64,000 nucleotides of DNA from an uncultured virus (IMG/VR IMGVR_UViG_3300032167_007852) (taxonomy: Duplodnaviria > Heunggongvirae > Uroviricota > Caudoviricetes): the IMG/VR virus record IMGVR_UViG_3300032167_007852, positions 1-64,000 of that record; one strand, written 5' to 3'. Numbering within the stretch: the first letter of the stretch is position 1; every line of letters starts with the position of its first letter. Below, in pieces: positions 20,218 to 31,007 of the stretch. Made by a program: the position numbers and the translations under genes. The notes under the pieces were generated by a model that saw only the letters and a list, made by a program, of their open reading frames with translations, made no database searches and was not told where the DNA came from.

Positions 20218-23200
20218 ATGGATATAGAGAGATATCAATTTAGATATGACGCTTATAAAAATAACACTTTTGATTTAGATACAGTAGAAAAATCTATAGA
20301 AGAATCAAAAATGTCAGCGTTCCAATATCTAAGAAAATTCCAATTAGATTCTACTGGATATAGACGATTTGATTTCGGAATGCGAGAAATTTATAGAACT
20401 AATAAAGTTAATCATACTTACACATTAGTTCCTAGAAAATGGGTTTTCTACTTAGAGCATGAATTTATAAATGTAGGTAAACGTCTAGCATATAAGAGAT
20501 CGGAATTATATGAAAAAGAATTATCTTTCGATGATATAAAAAATAGACCAGATTTATTCGATTCTACTTTCTTATTATTTATCGATGGTACATTATATCT
20601 TAGAGGTATCCAAATATTATGTAAAGAAGATAAAACTTATCTTGTAATAAATTGTCAAGAACTACCTTCTAAAGAAGGTATAACTATCGATGCTATGAGA
20701 AAATTCTTAGAAAACGATGCAAGAGTTACAATATATTTTATACCTAATATAGGAATTAAAAATATATCAACTAACGCATATAGAATAAGAACATTAAATA
20801 ATTCTACAGGTATTCCTTTAAGAAACCTTAATTTACCAGAACATATAGATTACAATAATTCATTAATTTATATGAATCATGTTGATTCAGTTAGTTCTGT
20901 AGCTACTTCTGGTGAACTTACGGATACTGGATTATTTATAAATAATGATGATGTAAATGAGATGATAAGAACTAATCCTAACAATACTGCAACAGATATA
21001 ACATTAATTCCTTTAAGACATCTTTTAGATAGAATACCTATTCAAAAAGGTAATAAATGGTTCGAAATACCAATGCAAGATTATCCAGTTGCTGTAGAGA
21101 ACTGTTTAGTTACAGATATAACTGGTAAATTTATTCATGATGCTAAAGTTACTCATTATTATCCTAACGTTTATTCTATAGAAAATATAGATGAAATAAT
21201 AGAAGTGACTGATTTATATGTATACGTATTCTATTATGAAAATAAATATAATCAACTTAAGCATTTAGATATGTTAGCAGCATATCATAAATACGTACCA
21301 GATTATCTTGAAAAATATAAAAATGGTACAATAAATCCAATGGTTAGAGATTTTGATCCTACTGTAGTAGATTATACAATCGATAACTATCATAAGTCTG
21401 AAGAATACGATGATCACTTCAGATATAAAATAGCTAAGATGAGAGAATTCATTAAAGCTGACCCAAATAACTTTAAACGTTATTTAAGAAACTTAGGATT
21501 AGGAAATAATTATTACTACGTGGATGTTTCTAAAATAGACCTAAGTTTAAGAAAAAGAAAAGATAATAAAGATACTAAATTAACTTACGCTGAATTTGAA
21601 GAAGATATGTACATGTTCGTATTCAGAAATGACTTTAGAGGTATGTATGATGAGATAATAATTCATGTCGATGGTACTAGATATCAAGAACAAATTCAAG
21701 TATTTAGAACTGATATGTTAGACTACGTTTATATACCTTGTGAACTAGTTCAACCTGATACTGTATTAGAAATAGAAAAAGTTACAGATGTTAAAAAAGA
21801 AATACCATTTAGAGCTAGAAATTTAACTGATATAATTAGAATTAATATAGGTGATTTTGCTGTAAGAAACAAAACTCTTTATAATGACTTATTTATAGTT
21901 GATAAAGCTACAGGCAAATATTTACCTACAGACGCTTATCAAATAATATTACCAGTTAAATTCCATATGGATGATATAGAATCTGACATTATATTAGACT
22001 ATGTTATAACTGAAACAGATAGCGGTTATTTCCAATTAGCTATATTAGACCATGGATTAATAGAGATATACACTGACGATGAAATGGAAATTGCAGATAA
22101 CGCATTCTTCCTAGCATTACAAAGTGATGATAATAATTTCTATCAATTTGATATGGAAAATAATAAAGCTAAATTTAATAAAGTTGACTCTATAAACGGT
22201 TATCTTACAAATAAAGTTAGATCTATGGATAAGAAAATGGTATATCAATTCAAAATGGATAATGGAGTTGTTAAAATAGAAATCACTGAAGATGATGGTA
22301 AAGGAAAAACATTAGCTGAAGGTGGTTTAAGTTTAGTTGATATAAATGATGTATTCTTACCTTGTCCTAAAGAAATAAAAATAAGAATATTAGATAATGA
22401 ATATATAGGAAAAGATTTATCATTATACATTAAAAAACATCATAACTATGAAGTTATTGAAGATGATTTATTAGTAGAAGAAATGTTAATATATGATGTA
22501 GATGGTACACCTCGTAAAGTTCCTGTATTAAAAGATCAAATAAGATCTAGATTTTATAATATTCATGAATGCCCAAGTTTATACTTCAGAAATGATGAAG
22601 GTGACTTATATGAAGCAGATATATTCAAAGGAAGACTACAACTAATTCCTATTGAAGACGAATCTGAAATTGACCTAGACAACTCAATCATTTTCAAAGA
22701 TATGTATACTGAAGATGTTAATGATAATGCGGTTTATAGAATTTTCCTTAACGATCATAATAGACTATCAACTGAATTATGTACAAAAGATGTAGAAGTA
22801 TGCAATGAAATACATATTGAAGATGAAAATGGTTATTTCTTTATATTAATGACATATAATGGTAGGTTAGCAACGGCACCACTTAACTGGGATAGAGATC
22901 CAGAATTAGACTTCTACCCTATAATATTTAAAACTATGTCTAAGAATGATTATAGATATTTTAGAGTATATAATAATGGTAGATTAATACCTAGACATAT
23001 AGCCTCAGTTTGTTTCCCTGATTATACTATATTCTCAGAAGCAGAGTTAAGATTAGGGATTAAGCGTATGCTAGGAGTTCATTATAATATATCTGTTGAA
23101 TGTATGCCTTATATGATGAAACAAGTTTGTTATTTAGAATCCATCCCTAGCGATAAAGTAATTAACTTAAAGGGTAAAATAGATAAACCATTTGATTTTA

Positions 23201-23697
23201 AATGGTATGATATTTATTTAAATGGTAAGAAACTAGTTAAAAAAGACGTTGAGATAGTTTCTGCAAATTTAATTAAGATATTAAAATCTGATTCATTACA
23301 TGGATTAGAAATAATAGAAAACTCTAGAGATAGAGAATACTTTGGTGGATTTGATGTATTTAGAGATATAATAGATGATTTATTTGAAACTGATAAAGAT
23401 TTTGCTGATAATTTAAATGGTTCTGTAGCAGATAACGAAAATTTAACAGACGATGAAGTTCCTAATACTGGTACTACAATTAATCCTTTAGATTATGTTG
23501 TGAGACAGCTTTATAATTTCTTGGTAGGATCATTTGGTATGATTAACCCTGATTATTTACAACTATCACAATATGAAATTAATACTTATAAAGATCTTAC
23601 TGATGAAAGCGGTCCATTAATTTTAGGATTTGATGTATATGGTGAAAATAGAAAAGATGATGAAAAAACTATATTACCTGTAAACCCTGATGCTTAG
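20218..23697 (+). CDS. Large putative virion structural (baseplate/tail) protein
   Basis: 1159 aa, AGGAGG RBS, late-promoter motif, beta-rich with short internal repeats; function inferred from context only. Confidence 0.6.
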   Translation: MDIERYQFRYDAYKNNTFDLDTVEKSIEESKMSAFQYLRKFQLDSTGYRRFDFGMREIYRTNKVNHTYTLVPRKWVFYLEHEFINVGKRLAYKRSELYEKELSFDDIKNRPDLFDSTFLLFIDGTLYLRGIQILCKEDKTYLVINCQELPSKEGITIDAMRKFLENDARVTIYFIPNIGIKNISTNAYRIRTLNNSTGIPLRNLNLPEHIDYNNSLIYMNHVDSVSSVATSGELTDTGLFINNDDVNEMIRTNPNNTATDITLIPLRHLLDRIPIQKGNKWFEIPMQDYPVAVENCLVTDITGKFIHDAKVTHYYPNVYSIENIDEIIEVTDLYVYVFYYENKYNQLKHLDMLAAYHKYVPDYLEKYKNGTINPMVRDFDPTVVDYTIDNYHKSEEYDDHFRYKIAKMREFIKADPNNFKRYLRNLGLGNNYYYVDVSKIDLSLRKRKDNKDTKLTYAEFEEDMYMFVFRNDFRGMYDEIIIHVDGTRYQEQIQVFRTDMLDYVYIPCELVQPDTVLEIEKVTDVKKEIPFRARNLTDIIRINIGDFAVRNKTLYNDLFIVDKATGKYLPTDAYQIILPVKFHMDDIESDIILDYVITETDSGYFQLAILDHGLIEIYTDDEMEIADNAFFLALQSDDNNFYQFDMENNKAKFNKVDSINGYLTNKVRSMDKKMVYQFKMDNGVVKIEITEDDGKGKTLAEGGLSLVDINDVFLPCPKEIKIRILDNEYIGKDLSLYIKKHHNYEVIEDDLLVEEMLIYDVDGTPRKVPVLKDQIRSRFYNIHECPSLYFRNDEGDLYEADIFKGRLQLIPIEDESEIDLDNSIIFKDMYTEDVNDNAVYRIFLNDHNRLSTELCTKDVEVCNEIHIEDENGYFFILMTYNGRLATAPLNWDRDPELDFYPIIFKTMSKNDYRYFRVYNNGRLIPRHIASVCFPDYTIFSEAELRLGIKRMLGVHYNISVECMPYMMKQVCYLESIPSDKVINLKGKIDKPFDFKWYDIYLNGKKLVKKDVEIVSANLIKILKSDSLHGLEIIENSRDREYFGGFDVFRDIIDDLFETDKDFADNLNGSVADNENLTDDEVPNTGTTINPLDYVVRQLYNFLVGSFGMINPDYLQLSQYEINTYKDLTDESGPLILGFDVYGENRKDDEKTILPVNPDA

Positions 23698-23771
23698 AAT
23701 TATAATTGTTTTCTGGGGATTGCCCCAGAAAACAATTATTTAATAAATTTATAAATTTGAAAGGAGAGTAA

Positions 23772-24404
23772 ATGATTATGAGTAATCAAGCTTTGAGTGA
23801 ATTAATACAAAGATTTGCTATATCTGCTCTGTCTAGAGAGAGAAAAGCAGAAGCTCTTAATGAAGAAATATTAGTAGGTAAATATTCTGGAGAATTCTAT
23901 ATCAAAACTAAAGAAGGTATAGTCCTATCTGCAGATATAATGAACCGTGCTAAAGCTGCAACTAATGAAGCTGTAAGAATTGCAGAATTAGTTGGTATGA
24001 CTGGTGACATATATCATGTAGATTTTGAAAATATAGTATTGCCTGGATTCGTAGATTATGATGACAATATACTTCAACAAGAACCTATTAATATACCTGT
24101 AGATGCTAAAGAACTACTTATTCATTTAGACCTAGATGAATATAAGATATTAAACGGGGATCCTCAATTAATCCATAGTGATGGTAACGTTAAAATATTA
24201 ATAGAAATTGTAGAAGACGGGGTTACTAGATATGTGCGTGTAGATAAAGATTTATCTAGTATAAACTTTAATAAAATTCCTTTAGAGCTTAAAGGAAAAG
24301 TATCTTCTATAAAAATAATGAATATTACTATAGGAAAAGCTGCAAATATCGGTGCTAATAATACAATATTATTACATAACCTATTTGTGACTATAAATCA
24401 TTAG
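23772..24404 (+). CDS. Putative structural protein
   Basis: AAGGAG RBS; late-promoter motif at 23731. Confidence 0.55.
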   Translation: MIMSNQALSELIQRFAISALSRERKAEALNEEILVGKYSGEFYIKTKEGIVLSADIMNRAKAATNEAVRIAELVGMTGDIYHVDFENIVLPGFVDYDDNILQQEPINIPVDAKELLIHLDLDEYKILNGDPQLIHSDGNVKILIEIVEDGVTRYVRVDKDLSSINFNKIPLELKGKVSSIKIMNITIGKAANIGANNTILLHNLFVTINH

Positions 24405-24416
24405 GAGGTGTGAAAA

Positions 24417-25187
24417 TTGGCTAAGCTTACATTTGTTAAAAAAGTTGTAAATGAAGAAGTTATAAATAGTTATAACTTAATATTAAATGTTTTATTCGGT
24501 GGTAAAATACCTGAAATATACGATGAGAATAAAATATATAATAAAGGTGATAGTGTTATAATACAACAAGATGGTATATTCAAAGTTGTTACTATAACTA
24601 AAGATGGTGTTACTGGACCAATAGTTCCTGATAATTTCACTGATATTGTAATAACAGATATATACAAAGATAGTAGCATAATAACACAAAATAATACTGT
24701 TCTTCAATCTACTCAAGAAGCATTATCTGACGATGTTGCTACTTTAGTATATGAATTAGCAGGAATGTTAGATCATAGATTAGTGTTAAAAGTTTTATTT
24801 AGAGAAAACTTTAGAGACTTAGAACATCTTAATCTAGTTACTGGTTTACATGTACCAGGATCTGTTAAAGCTTTACCAGGATATGGTATAGATGTTAGAT
24901 TAACTGAACCTATAGAATTAATTACCCAACCTAAAAAATATAAAATAAAACATATTATAGAAATGCTTGGAGCTCCTACTCTTGGTTGCTCTATTACTTT
25001 CAATGCATTAGATGCTAACCCTCATTGGTTTAATGCTAATGAAGCAATATTATCTGCAGACTTTTTTGAAATACCTGAATTTGTAAAAGAAGAAGGAAAG
25101 CCATACGCTTTAGATATTAAGATATTTGGAGACTGTGCTGTAGGATCGTCTTTAGAAATATCTGACTTTATGGTGGTGTTTATATAA
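24417..25187 (+). CDS. Putative structural protein
   Basis: TTG start after AGGAGG; operonic with neighbours. Confidence 0.55.
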   Translation: MAKLTFVKKVVNEEVINSYNLILNVLFGGKIPEIYDENKIYNKGDSVIIQQDGIFKVVTITKDGVTGPIVPDNFTDIVITDIYKDSSIITQNNTVLQSTQEALSDDVATLVYELAGMLDHRLVLKVLFRENFRDLEHLNLVTGLHVPGSVKALPGYGIDVRLTEPIELITQPKKYKIKHIIEMLGAPTLGCSITFNALDANPHWFNANEAILSADFFEIPEFVKEEGKPYALDIKIFGDCAVGSSLEISDFMVVFI

Positions 25188-26179
25188 TGAAATCTATTTT
25201 TGAGAAAAACGTGCTTAGAAAATATTTGCTCATGGTGGCATGTCTGATTTTATTTTTTGCAGGAGGTTTTAGAGCATTCAATCTATACAAGACATATAAA
25301 AGTTATAATCAAGAAATAGCAGCTATAGAAAAAAATACTGATGAAAATATTCATACTATATTACGAGCAATTCTAATGGAAACACATGATATGACTGAAC
25401 GAAATACAAAAAATGATTCATTAACATTGCATAGAATAATGATAGAATCGATGAATATTGATGAAATATATGATAATATAGTTAATATGAATTTAGATAA
25501 AACCTTTATAGGTATATTAGATGAAGTATTTGATTTATCTGATAAAAAAGATGAAATAATAATTACAGTCGGTACAAAAGACTATGTGTTTTATAGTAGA
25601 TCAAATATAGATTTGGATAAATATAAATATATCGAATCCGAAGGTAAATATTTAACTTGGGATGAATACTATGAACAAGTGGATGGGTCAGGTGTAATGA
25701 AACAAGCATATGAAGACATAGCATTAAATAGAGTTGATTATGCTATAATCAGAACTGACGGTTATTATCCTAATGGAACTTACTATACTATAGAGGACGT
25801 TATAACAGAATACCATAATAATGGTATGAAAAATATGGATAAATATATGATTGTGACTATGGGAGTTATAACTGAAAATGGTGATATATTTGGAGAGACT
25901 GATAGTCACTTCTTAGCTAAAAATCCAAACGTTAATAAGATATATGTATTTAAATCAGTTTCTCTAGGGACAATTTTAGAAAACTATTTACCTTTATTAG
26001 AACAATGCGATCAATCAGTAACTATTAAAATTATCCAATACAGAAATACTACTGAATTTACAAATGCATTGATCAATATATTCTTAGTAACAGCAACTAT
26101 AATTATATTAATGGTCGTGATTAAAAATATAGATGATGAGAATATACAAATAAAAGAAAATTCAGATGACCTTGATTAA
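25187..26179 (+). CDS. Membrane protein with N- and C-terminal TM helices and a large soluble loop
   Basis: Hydrophobic segments near aa 13-30 and aa 293-313; start overlaps the upstream stop. Confidence 0.7.
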   Translation: MKSIFEKNVLRKYLLMVACLILFFAGGFRAFNLYKTYKSYNQEIAAIEKNTDENIHTILRAILMETHDMTERNTKNDSLTLHRIMIESMNIDEIYDNIVNMNLDKTFIGILDEVFDLSDKKDEIIITVGTKDYVFYSRSNIDLDKYKYIESEGKYLTWDEYYEQVDGSGVMKQAYEDIALNRVDYAIIRTDGYYPNGTYYTIEDVITEYHNNGMKNMDKYMIVTMGVITENGDIFGETDSHFLAKNPNVNKIYVFKSVSLGTILENYLPLLEQCDQSVTIKIIQYRNTTEFTNALINIFLVTATIIILMVVIKNIDDENIQIKENSDDLD

Positions 26180-26196
26180 ATCAAGGGGTTGATGCC

Positions 26197-26625
26197 ATGC
26201 AAGGAATGAATATTGATGTATTCTTATCTATAGCTATACCTTTATCATTGTATTTTTTAATTACATTAGCTGGATCTTTTGTAAAGGATATGTATAATAG
26301 TATCAGAGGTACAGACACATCCTTTAGATTATATAGAATTTTAATAGGATCATTATTTAGTGCATTTGTAATGGTTGGACTAGAAAGCTGGCTTTTAAAA
26401 CATATAGGACTTAAAGAGATAGTCGTCCTCGCTTTTTTTGTAGGACTGCTTAGTTTTGAATTATTTGAAAGATTATCCAATATAGACGGTTTATTTAAAT
26501 TCTATCAAACTTACCAAATGATTAAACGTGGTGATAAGGTTGATTTACATGATAAACCAACACTAACCGAAAGTGTTGAAAAGAAAAAAGAACAATCCTC
26601 TGATAGTAAAGATGAAAAGAAATAG
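26197..26625 (+). CDS. Three-TM membrane protein, holin candidate
   Basis: Three hydrophobic segments and a highly charged C-terminus. Confidence 0.55.
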   Translation: MQGMNIDVFLSIAIPLSLYFLITLAGSFVKDMYNSIRGTDTSFRLYRILIGSLFSAFVMVGLESWLLKHIGLKEIVVLAFFVGLLSFELFERLSNIDGLFKFYQTYQMIKRGDKVDLHDKPTLTESVEKKKEQSSDSKDEKK

Positions 26626-26679
26626 ATATATCCATATGGATATATCTATTTTTATTTGTATGAACCGTAATTCTCAGGA

Positions 26680-26705
26680 TTTCGATACCATATTATAAAA
26701 GTGAA
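26680..26705 (+). promoter_or_regulatory. Conserved putative early promoter TTTCGATACCATATTATAAAAGTGAA
   Basis: Near-identical copies at 40881, 50886 and 53630; variants at 37104, 37170, 42719 and 56765; always upstream of an RBS. Confidence 0.75.
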
Positions 26706-26740
26706 GTATAATAAAAATAATTTAATTTGGAGGTACTTGT

Positions 26741-27154
26741 ATGTATAATATATCTAAAAATAAATTTGGTTTTGAATATTTTAACTTTGAAGGTAGAGAA
26801 GTTACGATAATGAAATATTCTCCTTGCTTCTGTAGAGTAAATGATTTAGATAGAATATATGTAAATCAACAATTTATGGAACAAGATGAGAATACACAAA
26901 AATTCGTATTATATCATGAATTCGGACATATATATTATGGACATAATAAAGTAGATAATTCAATAACAAACTTCAAAAGAAAATTATTCCATAGATTTGG
27001 ATTAGTAGTAAAACAAGAAATACAAGCAGATTTCCATGCAGTTAAATTATTAGGTAAAGAAAATGCCTTAAAAGCAATAACAGAAACAATAAAATTTATA
27101 CCATCAAGAGAATTAAAAACTAGACGTTTATTAATAAAATTATTTGCTAAGTAA
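26741..27154 (+). CDS. HExxH zinc metallopeptidase (ImmA/IrrE- or M48-like)
   Basis: VLYHEFGH plus downstream EIQADFHA third-ligand motif. Confidence 0.75.
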   Translation: MYNISKNKFGFEYFNFEGREVTIMKYSPCFCRVNDLDRIYVNQQFMEQDENTQKFVLYHEFGHIYYGHNKVDNSITNFKRKLFHRFGLVVKQEIQADFHAVKLLGKENALKAITETIKFIPSRELKTRRLLIKLFAK

Positions 27155-27203
27155 GATTTGTATGTTCCTATAAAAAATTATAAAAAATATGGAGGGTATT
27201 AAT

Positions 27204-27721
27204 ATGTTAAATAATTTAATGAATATAATAAATGGATTAGAAACTAGAGTATTTGTAGATGAAAACGATGCTATAACTGATAAAGATATAAATGAATATG
27301 GATACGTTACAATAAGAAATAATGAATTACTAATGTACAACGGATTAGCTATAGCAATGGCTGGATTCTTACAATTCGATAATATGGATAACTATGTTCC
27401 TATGATAGTTGTAGATGATAGATTTATGGAAATGAGTGAAAATGGTAGAAAATTTACAATAGCACATGAATAGGACATTTTAATCTACATGCTACAGAAG
27501 ATAAATTATTCAATAATGAATATGAAAGAGATATAAATGATGAATTTGAAGCTGATGAATATGCTGCAAAACAAATGGGATATCAAAGTGCTATATTTGC
27601 ATTGGAAGAATTACAAGAAGTATTAGATAAAACTAGTAATGGAGAAAACGTTGAAGGTATACAAGAAATGGAAATAAGAATACAACATCTATTTGATATA
27701 TGTAATGGTGTGACTTGTTAA
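27204..27721 (+). pseudogene. Frameshifted HExxH metallopeptidase paralog
   Basis: FTIAHE-stop at 27471; the -1 frame continues IGHFNLH...EFEADEYAAKQMG to TAA 27721, where a terminator hairpin sits. Confidence 0.75.
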
Positions 27722-27780
27722 TCAAGTCACACTTTATGTGTTCTTTAATAATAAAAACAAATAATAATGGAGGTAGTTTT

Positions 27781-27972
27781 ATGTATAAAGATTATATGGA
27801 AATGAATGTTGAGTTTAGAAAAATGTATGAAGAAAATATTAATAATATGCTACAAATAGTTGCTAATGATAATACTTTTACAAATACAATAAGAAACTTA
27901 TGTACCCAAGCTTTAAAGAACAATTGGGAATTATATAAGAAAGTTAATATACTTAATATAATAAATAAATAA
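27781..27972 (+). CDS. Hypothetical protein
   Basis: GGAGGT RBS before the ATG at 27781. Confidence 0.7.
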   Translation: MYKDYMEMNVEFRKMYEENINNMLQIVANDNTFTNTIRNLCTQALKNNWELYKKVNILNIINK

Positions 27973-28013
27973 GAAATAATAGAATATCCATTAGGATATT
28001 CTATTATTTTTTT

Positions 28014-28457
28014 TTAATCATAAAACTTAGGAACTTTACTATAAGCATCAGCTATAACGTTTAATTTTTTATATCTTAATAAAGTAATTATTAACTCATC
28101 AGCTTTTAAATGAGCTTTATTTACAGTAATTTCTCCAGCTATAGCTTTTTCAGCTATAGAAAGTAATTCCATTTCTATTAGTTCTTCTTCATCATAAATT
28201 ATTTCACATTCAAAGAAATGTCCACTTCTTTCTATAGCAACAACTTTGAATGTTCTAACACCTTGATTATTTTGATAATGAACTAATATTTTATCATTTA
28301 TTCCACAAGGTATATAATTAATTCCATCATAATCTATAGGCTCAACAATGTCTCCTTCTGGTGTAATAACTATAGTTCTACAATCTATACTTTGTTCTAT
28401 TACTAATCCTACACCGTTTTCATCGACATGTCTAGCTATAAGTACCACAGCATTCAT
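28014..28457 (-). CDS. Hypothetical protein
   Basis: ORF with AAGGAG RBS. Confidence 0.7.
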   Translation of the reverse strand: MNAVVLIARHVDENGVGLVIEQSIDCRTIVITPEGDIVEPIDYDGINYIPCGINDKILVHYQNNQGVRTFKVVAIERSGHFFECEIIYDEEELIEMELLSIAEKAIAGEITVNKAHLKADELIITLLRYKKLNVIADAYSKVPKFYD

Positions 28458-28473
28458 ATATTAATCAACTCCT

Positions 28474-29412
28474 TTATCTGTATAAATTTCTTAGCATTTT
28501 TTCTCCACTTTTTTCTATTATCGGTTCTAATTGTATTTGATTAAATACTTTTTCTGCTCCTCTTCTTACAGTGTTAACCATAAATATAAAATATATCATT
28601 GACTCTAAGGCAAATGGTGCAGATTCTCCGTACATAGAAATATAATTGAATAAGTAATTTCTTATCTGTAATTTACCTTCGAATCCTAATTGTAATCTCT
28701 CATCACCTAAAGCTTGAATAAATGTTCCTAAATCTTGATACGCTTCTTCATCTACTAAACTATCAGTTTCTTTTAAAGTATATGGAGATACTCTATTAGC
28801 TATCTTAGATCCTACGTTAAATATATATTCATCATTATCTATTCCTAATACATTTTTTAAATAAAATTTAGATGCTAAAAATAATATCTTACCTTCTCTT
28901 ACACTATCTAAATTAGTATTAAACATTTTATTTATCGGTTTTATAAATATATTAGCATACATTAAAGCACCTTGTTGTCTTACTAATGTATCGTTTTTAA
29001 TAGCATTGTAATTATCAGCAAAGTTCTTAGCTAAGTAAGCACTTTCTAATAAAGTGTATAATAAGTTACCTCTAATATTTAATAATCCATCTGATCTCAT
29101 ATTACAGAAAGGATTTAAGAATACTACAGCTTTATGACCCATTTGTGATGGTATTAATACAAATGGCATTAATTTAGATACTTGAACATTATCAGCATAT
29201 ATTACTTCTATTCTTCCTTCTTTAAACTCTGTCATTACCCTTTGTTTTAATAAAGATTTTTCATAATTTCTTATATAAACAAATTGTTCTAATAAGTCTT
29301 GTTCAGAATATCTTTTTCCTTTACTAGCTGCTTCATTTATTTTTCCAGTTAGTACACTTCCTCCTAAATTCTTAAATAAGAATGTACTAGTAATTGGTTT
29401 ATATCCTGCCAT
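28474..29412 (-). CDS. Hypothetical late protein, possibly virion-associated
   Basis: 312 aa, AAGGAG RBS, AACA-N6-TA at 29466-29455. Confidence 0.7.
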   Translation of the reverse strand: MAGYKPITSTFLFKNLGGSVLTGKINEAASKGKRYSEQDLLEQFVYIRNYEKSLLKQRVMTEFKEGRIEVIYADNVQVSKLMPFVLIPSQMGHKAVVFLNPFCNMRSDGLLNIRGNLLYTLLESAYLAKNFADNYNAIKNDTLVRQQGALMYANIFIKPINKMFNTNLDSVREGKILFLASKFYLKNVLGIDNDEYIFNVGSKIANRVSPYTLKETDSLVDEEAYQDLGTFIQALGDERLQLGFEGKLQIRNYLFNYISMYGESAPFALESMIYFIFMVNTVRRGAEKVFNQIQLEPIIEKSGEKMLRNLYR

Positions 29413-29791
29413 ATCTTATTCAACTCCTTTATTTTCTTAGTTAACTATTTCTCTTACTAAATTGTTTAAAATTAAAAAATGTAGATAGTTGGTTAATGTC
29501 ACCAACTATCTACAAAGAGCCAATTAATCAAAATCTCAGAAAAAACCGTCCATGCAAATGGACGTATCTTCCTAACCGTATTCTAATATTTAACAACTTA
29601 TTATCCGCTCCTCTTTTGGAGAGTCGCTTCATTTCTAATTAATGCTATCGCATTAATAAGTTGTTGTACTGTTGATAATTAATTATATGGTTTCTATGAA
29701 ATTTTATATATTATAACAATAAACACATTTGAATGAAATTATATCAACTATAGAACATTACTGTAATTTGAATAATATAGGAGGAAATGAT

Positions 29792-30127
29792 ATGAAGAGA
29801 ACAACATTTACGCTTTATAGATTTGAGCATTTAATAAAAACTGATTTAATGTATGTAGAGGAATTACCTGAAAAACAAACTTACAAAATAAGAGTTGAAG
29901 GAGATAATATTGAAGAAATATTAGAAAGAATGTATTTACCTGAGAGAGTAAAACAAGATCTAAGACAAGATATTGTAAATATAGTTAATGGTTATAAAAT
30001 ATTAACTTCTCAAATGGCTTATACAAAAGAGAATAATGATTTATGTAAAAAATATTTTAGAGACATGTTTGCAAAATTCTGTCAAATACACGGAAGCTAT
30101 TATCAATTTAAAGAAGACGAAATATAA
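29792..30127 (+). CDS. Hypothetical protein
   Basis: AGGAGG RBS before the ATG at 29792. Confidence 0.7.
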   Translation: MKRTTFTLYRFEHLIKTDLMYVEELPEKQTYKIRVEGDNIEEILERMYLPERVKQDLRQDIVNIVNGYKILTSQMAYTKENNDLCKKYFRDMFAKFCQIHGSYYQFKEDEI

Positions 30128-30141
30128 GGAGGTACAAATAA

Positions 30142-30342
30142 ATGGCTAATAGTTTAGGTATATGGTGTATAATATATAGTGATTATACAACAGAGTTTGT
30201 TAAAGCATATAATATTTGGCAAATAATAAACACGGGTAAAATTGATAAAGACCCAGATTATATTGTAAGTATAACAAGAGTAGAGTTTGCAGGTGGTTGG
30301 GCTGATGAAAATGATATAAAAGATGTAACACATTGGGATTAA
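30142..30342 (+). CDS. Hypothetical protein
   Basis: AAGGAGGT RBS. Confidence 0.7.
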   Translation: MANSLGIWCIIYSDYTTEFVKAYNIWQIINTGKIDKDPDYIVSITRVEFAGGWADENDIKDVTHWD

Positions 30343-30359
30343 TTAGGAGGTAAAAATAT

Positions 30360-31007
30360 ATGGGGAAATATTCTGATCATTCAACTTATATGAATAAAAA
30401 GATGGAAGAAGTTCCATCAGTTACAACTATAATGAAAGTCTTAAATAAGCCAGCTATTCCTATGTGGGCTAATAGTTTAGGTTGGAAAAGACAATCTTAC
30501 AAACAAGTATTGGAAGAAAAAGCAGATCATGGGACATTTGTCCATGAGTTATTGCATGAATTTATGTTTAAGGAAGGAAAGAAATTTGATATAAGTCAAC
30601 CAGGAACAGTTGAGCTTATTAAAGAATATATTGACGGATTTAAAGTATTTCTAGAAGAATATAAAGTCAAACCGATATGGGGAGAAAAATCATTCAGTTG
30701 TGAACTATATGGTGGAACTATAGATTTATTATGTGAATTAGAAGAAAAATTAACAATATTAGATTTTAAAACATCTAAGAGATTTTATTCATCTCATTTT
30801 ATACAATTAGGAGCTTATATACAATTATTAGAATATAACGATATAAAAGTAGAACAAGTTGCAATAGCTAGAGTTAGTGAAGAAGGAGTCAAACTTAAGG
30901 TAATGTCAGTAGAAGAAATGCAACCTTATATAGATTTATTTAACTCATTAATGAATACGTTTTATATGGTTTATGAATTAAATGAAGAATGGGGTGATAT
31001 GCTTTGA
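30360..31007 (+). CDS. PD-(D/E)XK family exonuclease
   Basis: PSVTTI, GTFVHE, GTIDLL, ILDFKTS and QLGAY motifs. Confidence 0.85.
   Translation: MGKYSDHSTYMNKKMEEVPSVTTIMKVLNKPAIPMWANSLGWKRQSYKQVLEEKADHGTFVHELLHEFMFKEGKKFDISQPGTVELIKEYIDGFKVFLEEYKVKPIWGEKSFSCELYGGTIDLLCELEEKLTILDFKTSKRFYSSHFIQLGAYIQLLEYNDIKVEQVAIARVSEEGVKLKVMSVEEMQPYIDLFNSLMNTFYMVYELNEEWGDML

Noticed and set aside
27471..27473. TAG stop-codon recoding (genetic code 15)
   Set aside because: Read-through does not restore HExxH and meets TAA soon after; many genes here end at TAG followed by terminators.
29579..29588. Antisense pairing between the 29.5 kb element and the TATTCTAAT motif of the 58 kb RNA
   Set aside because: Only about 10 nt of AT-rich identity, expected by chance in 64 kb.
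30360..31007. Cas4
   Set aside because: Lacks the four-cysteine Fe-S arrangement; sits in a recombination context next to SbcD.
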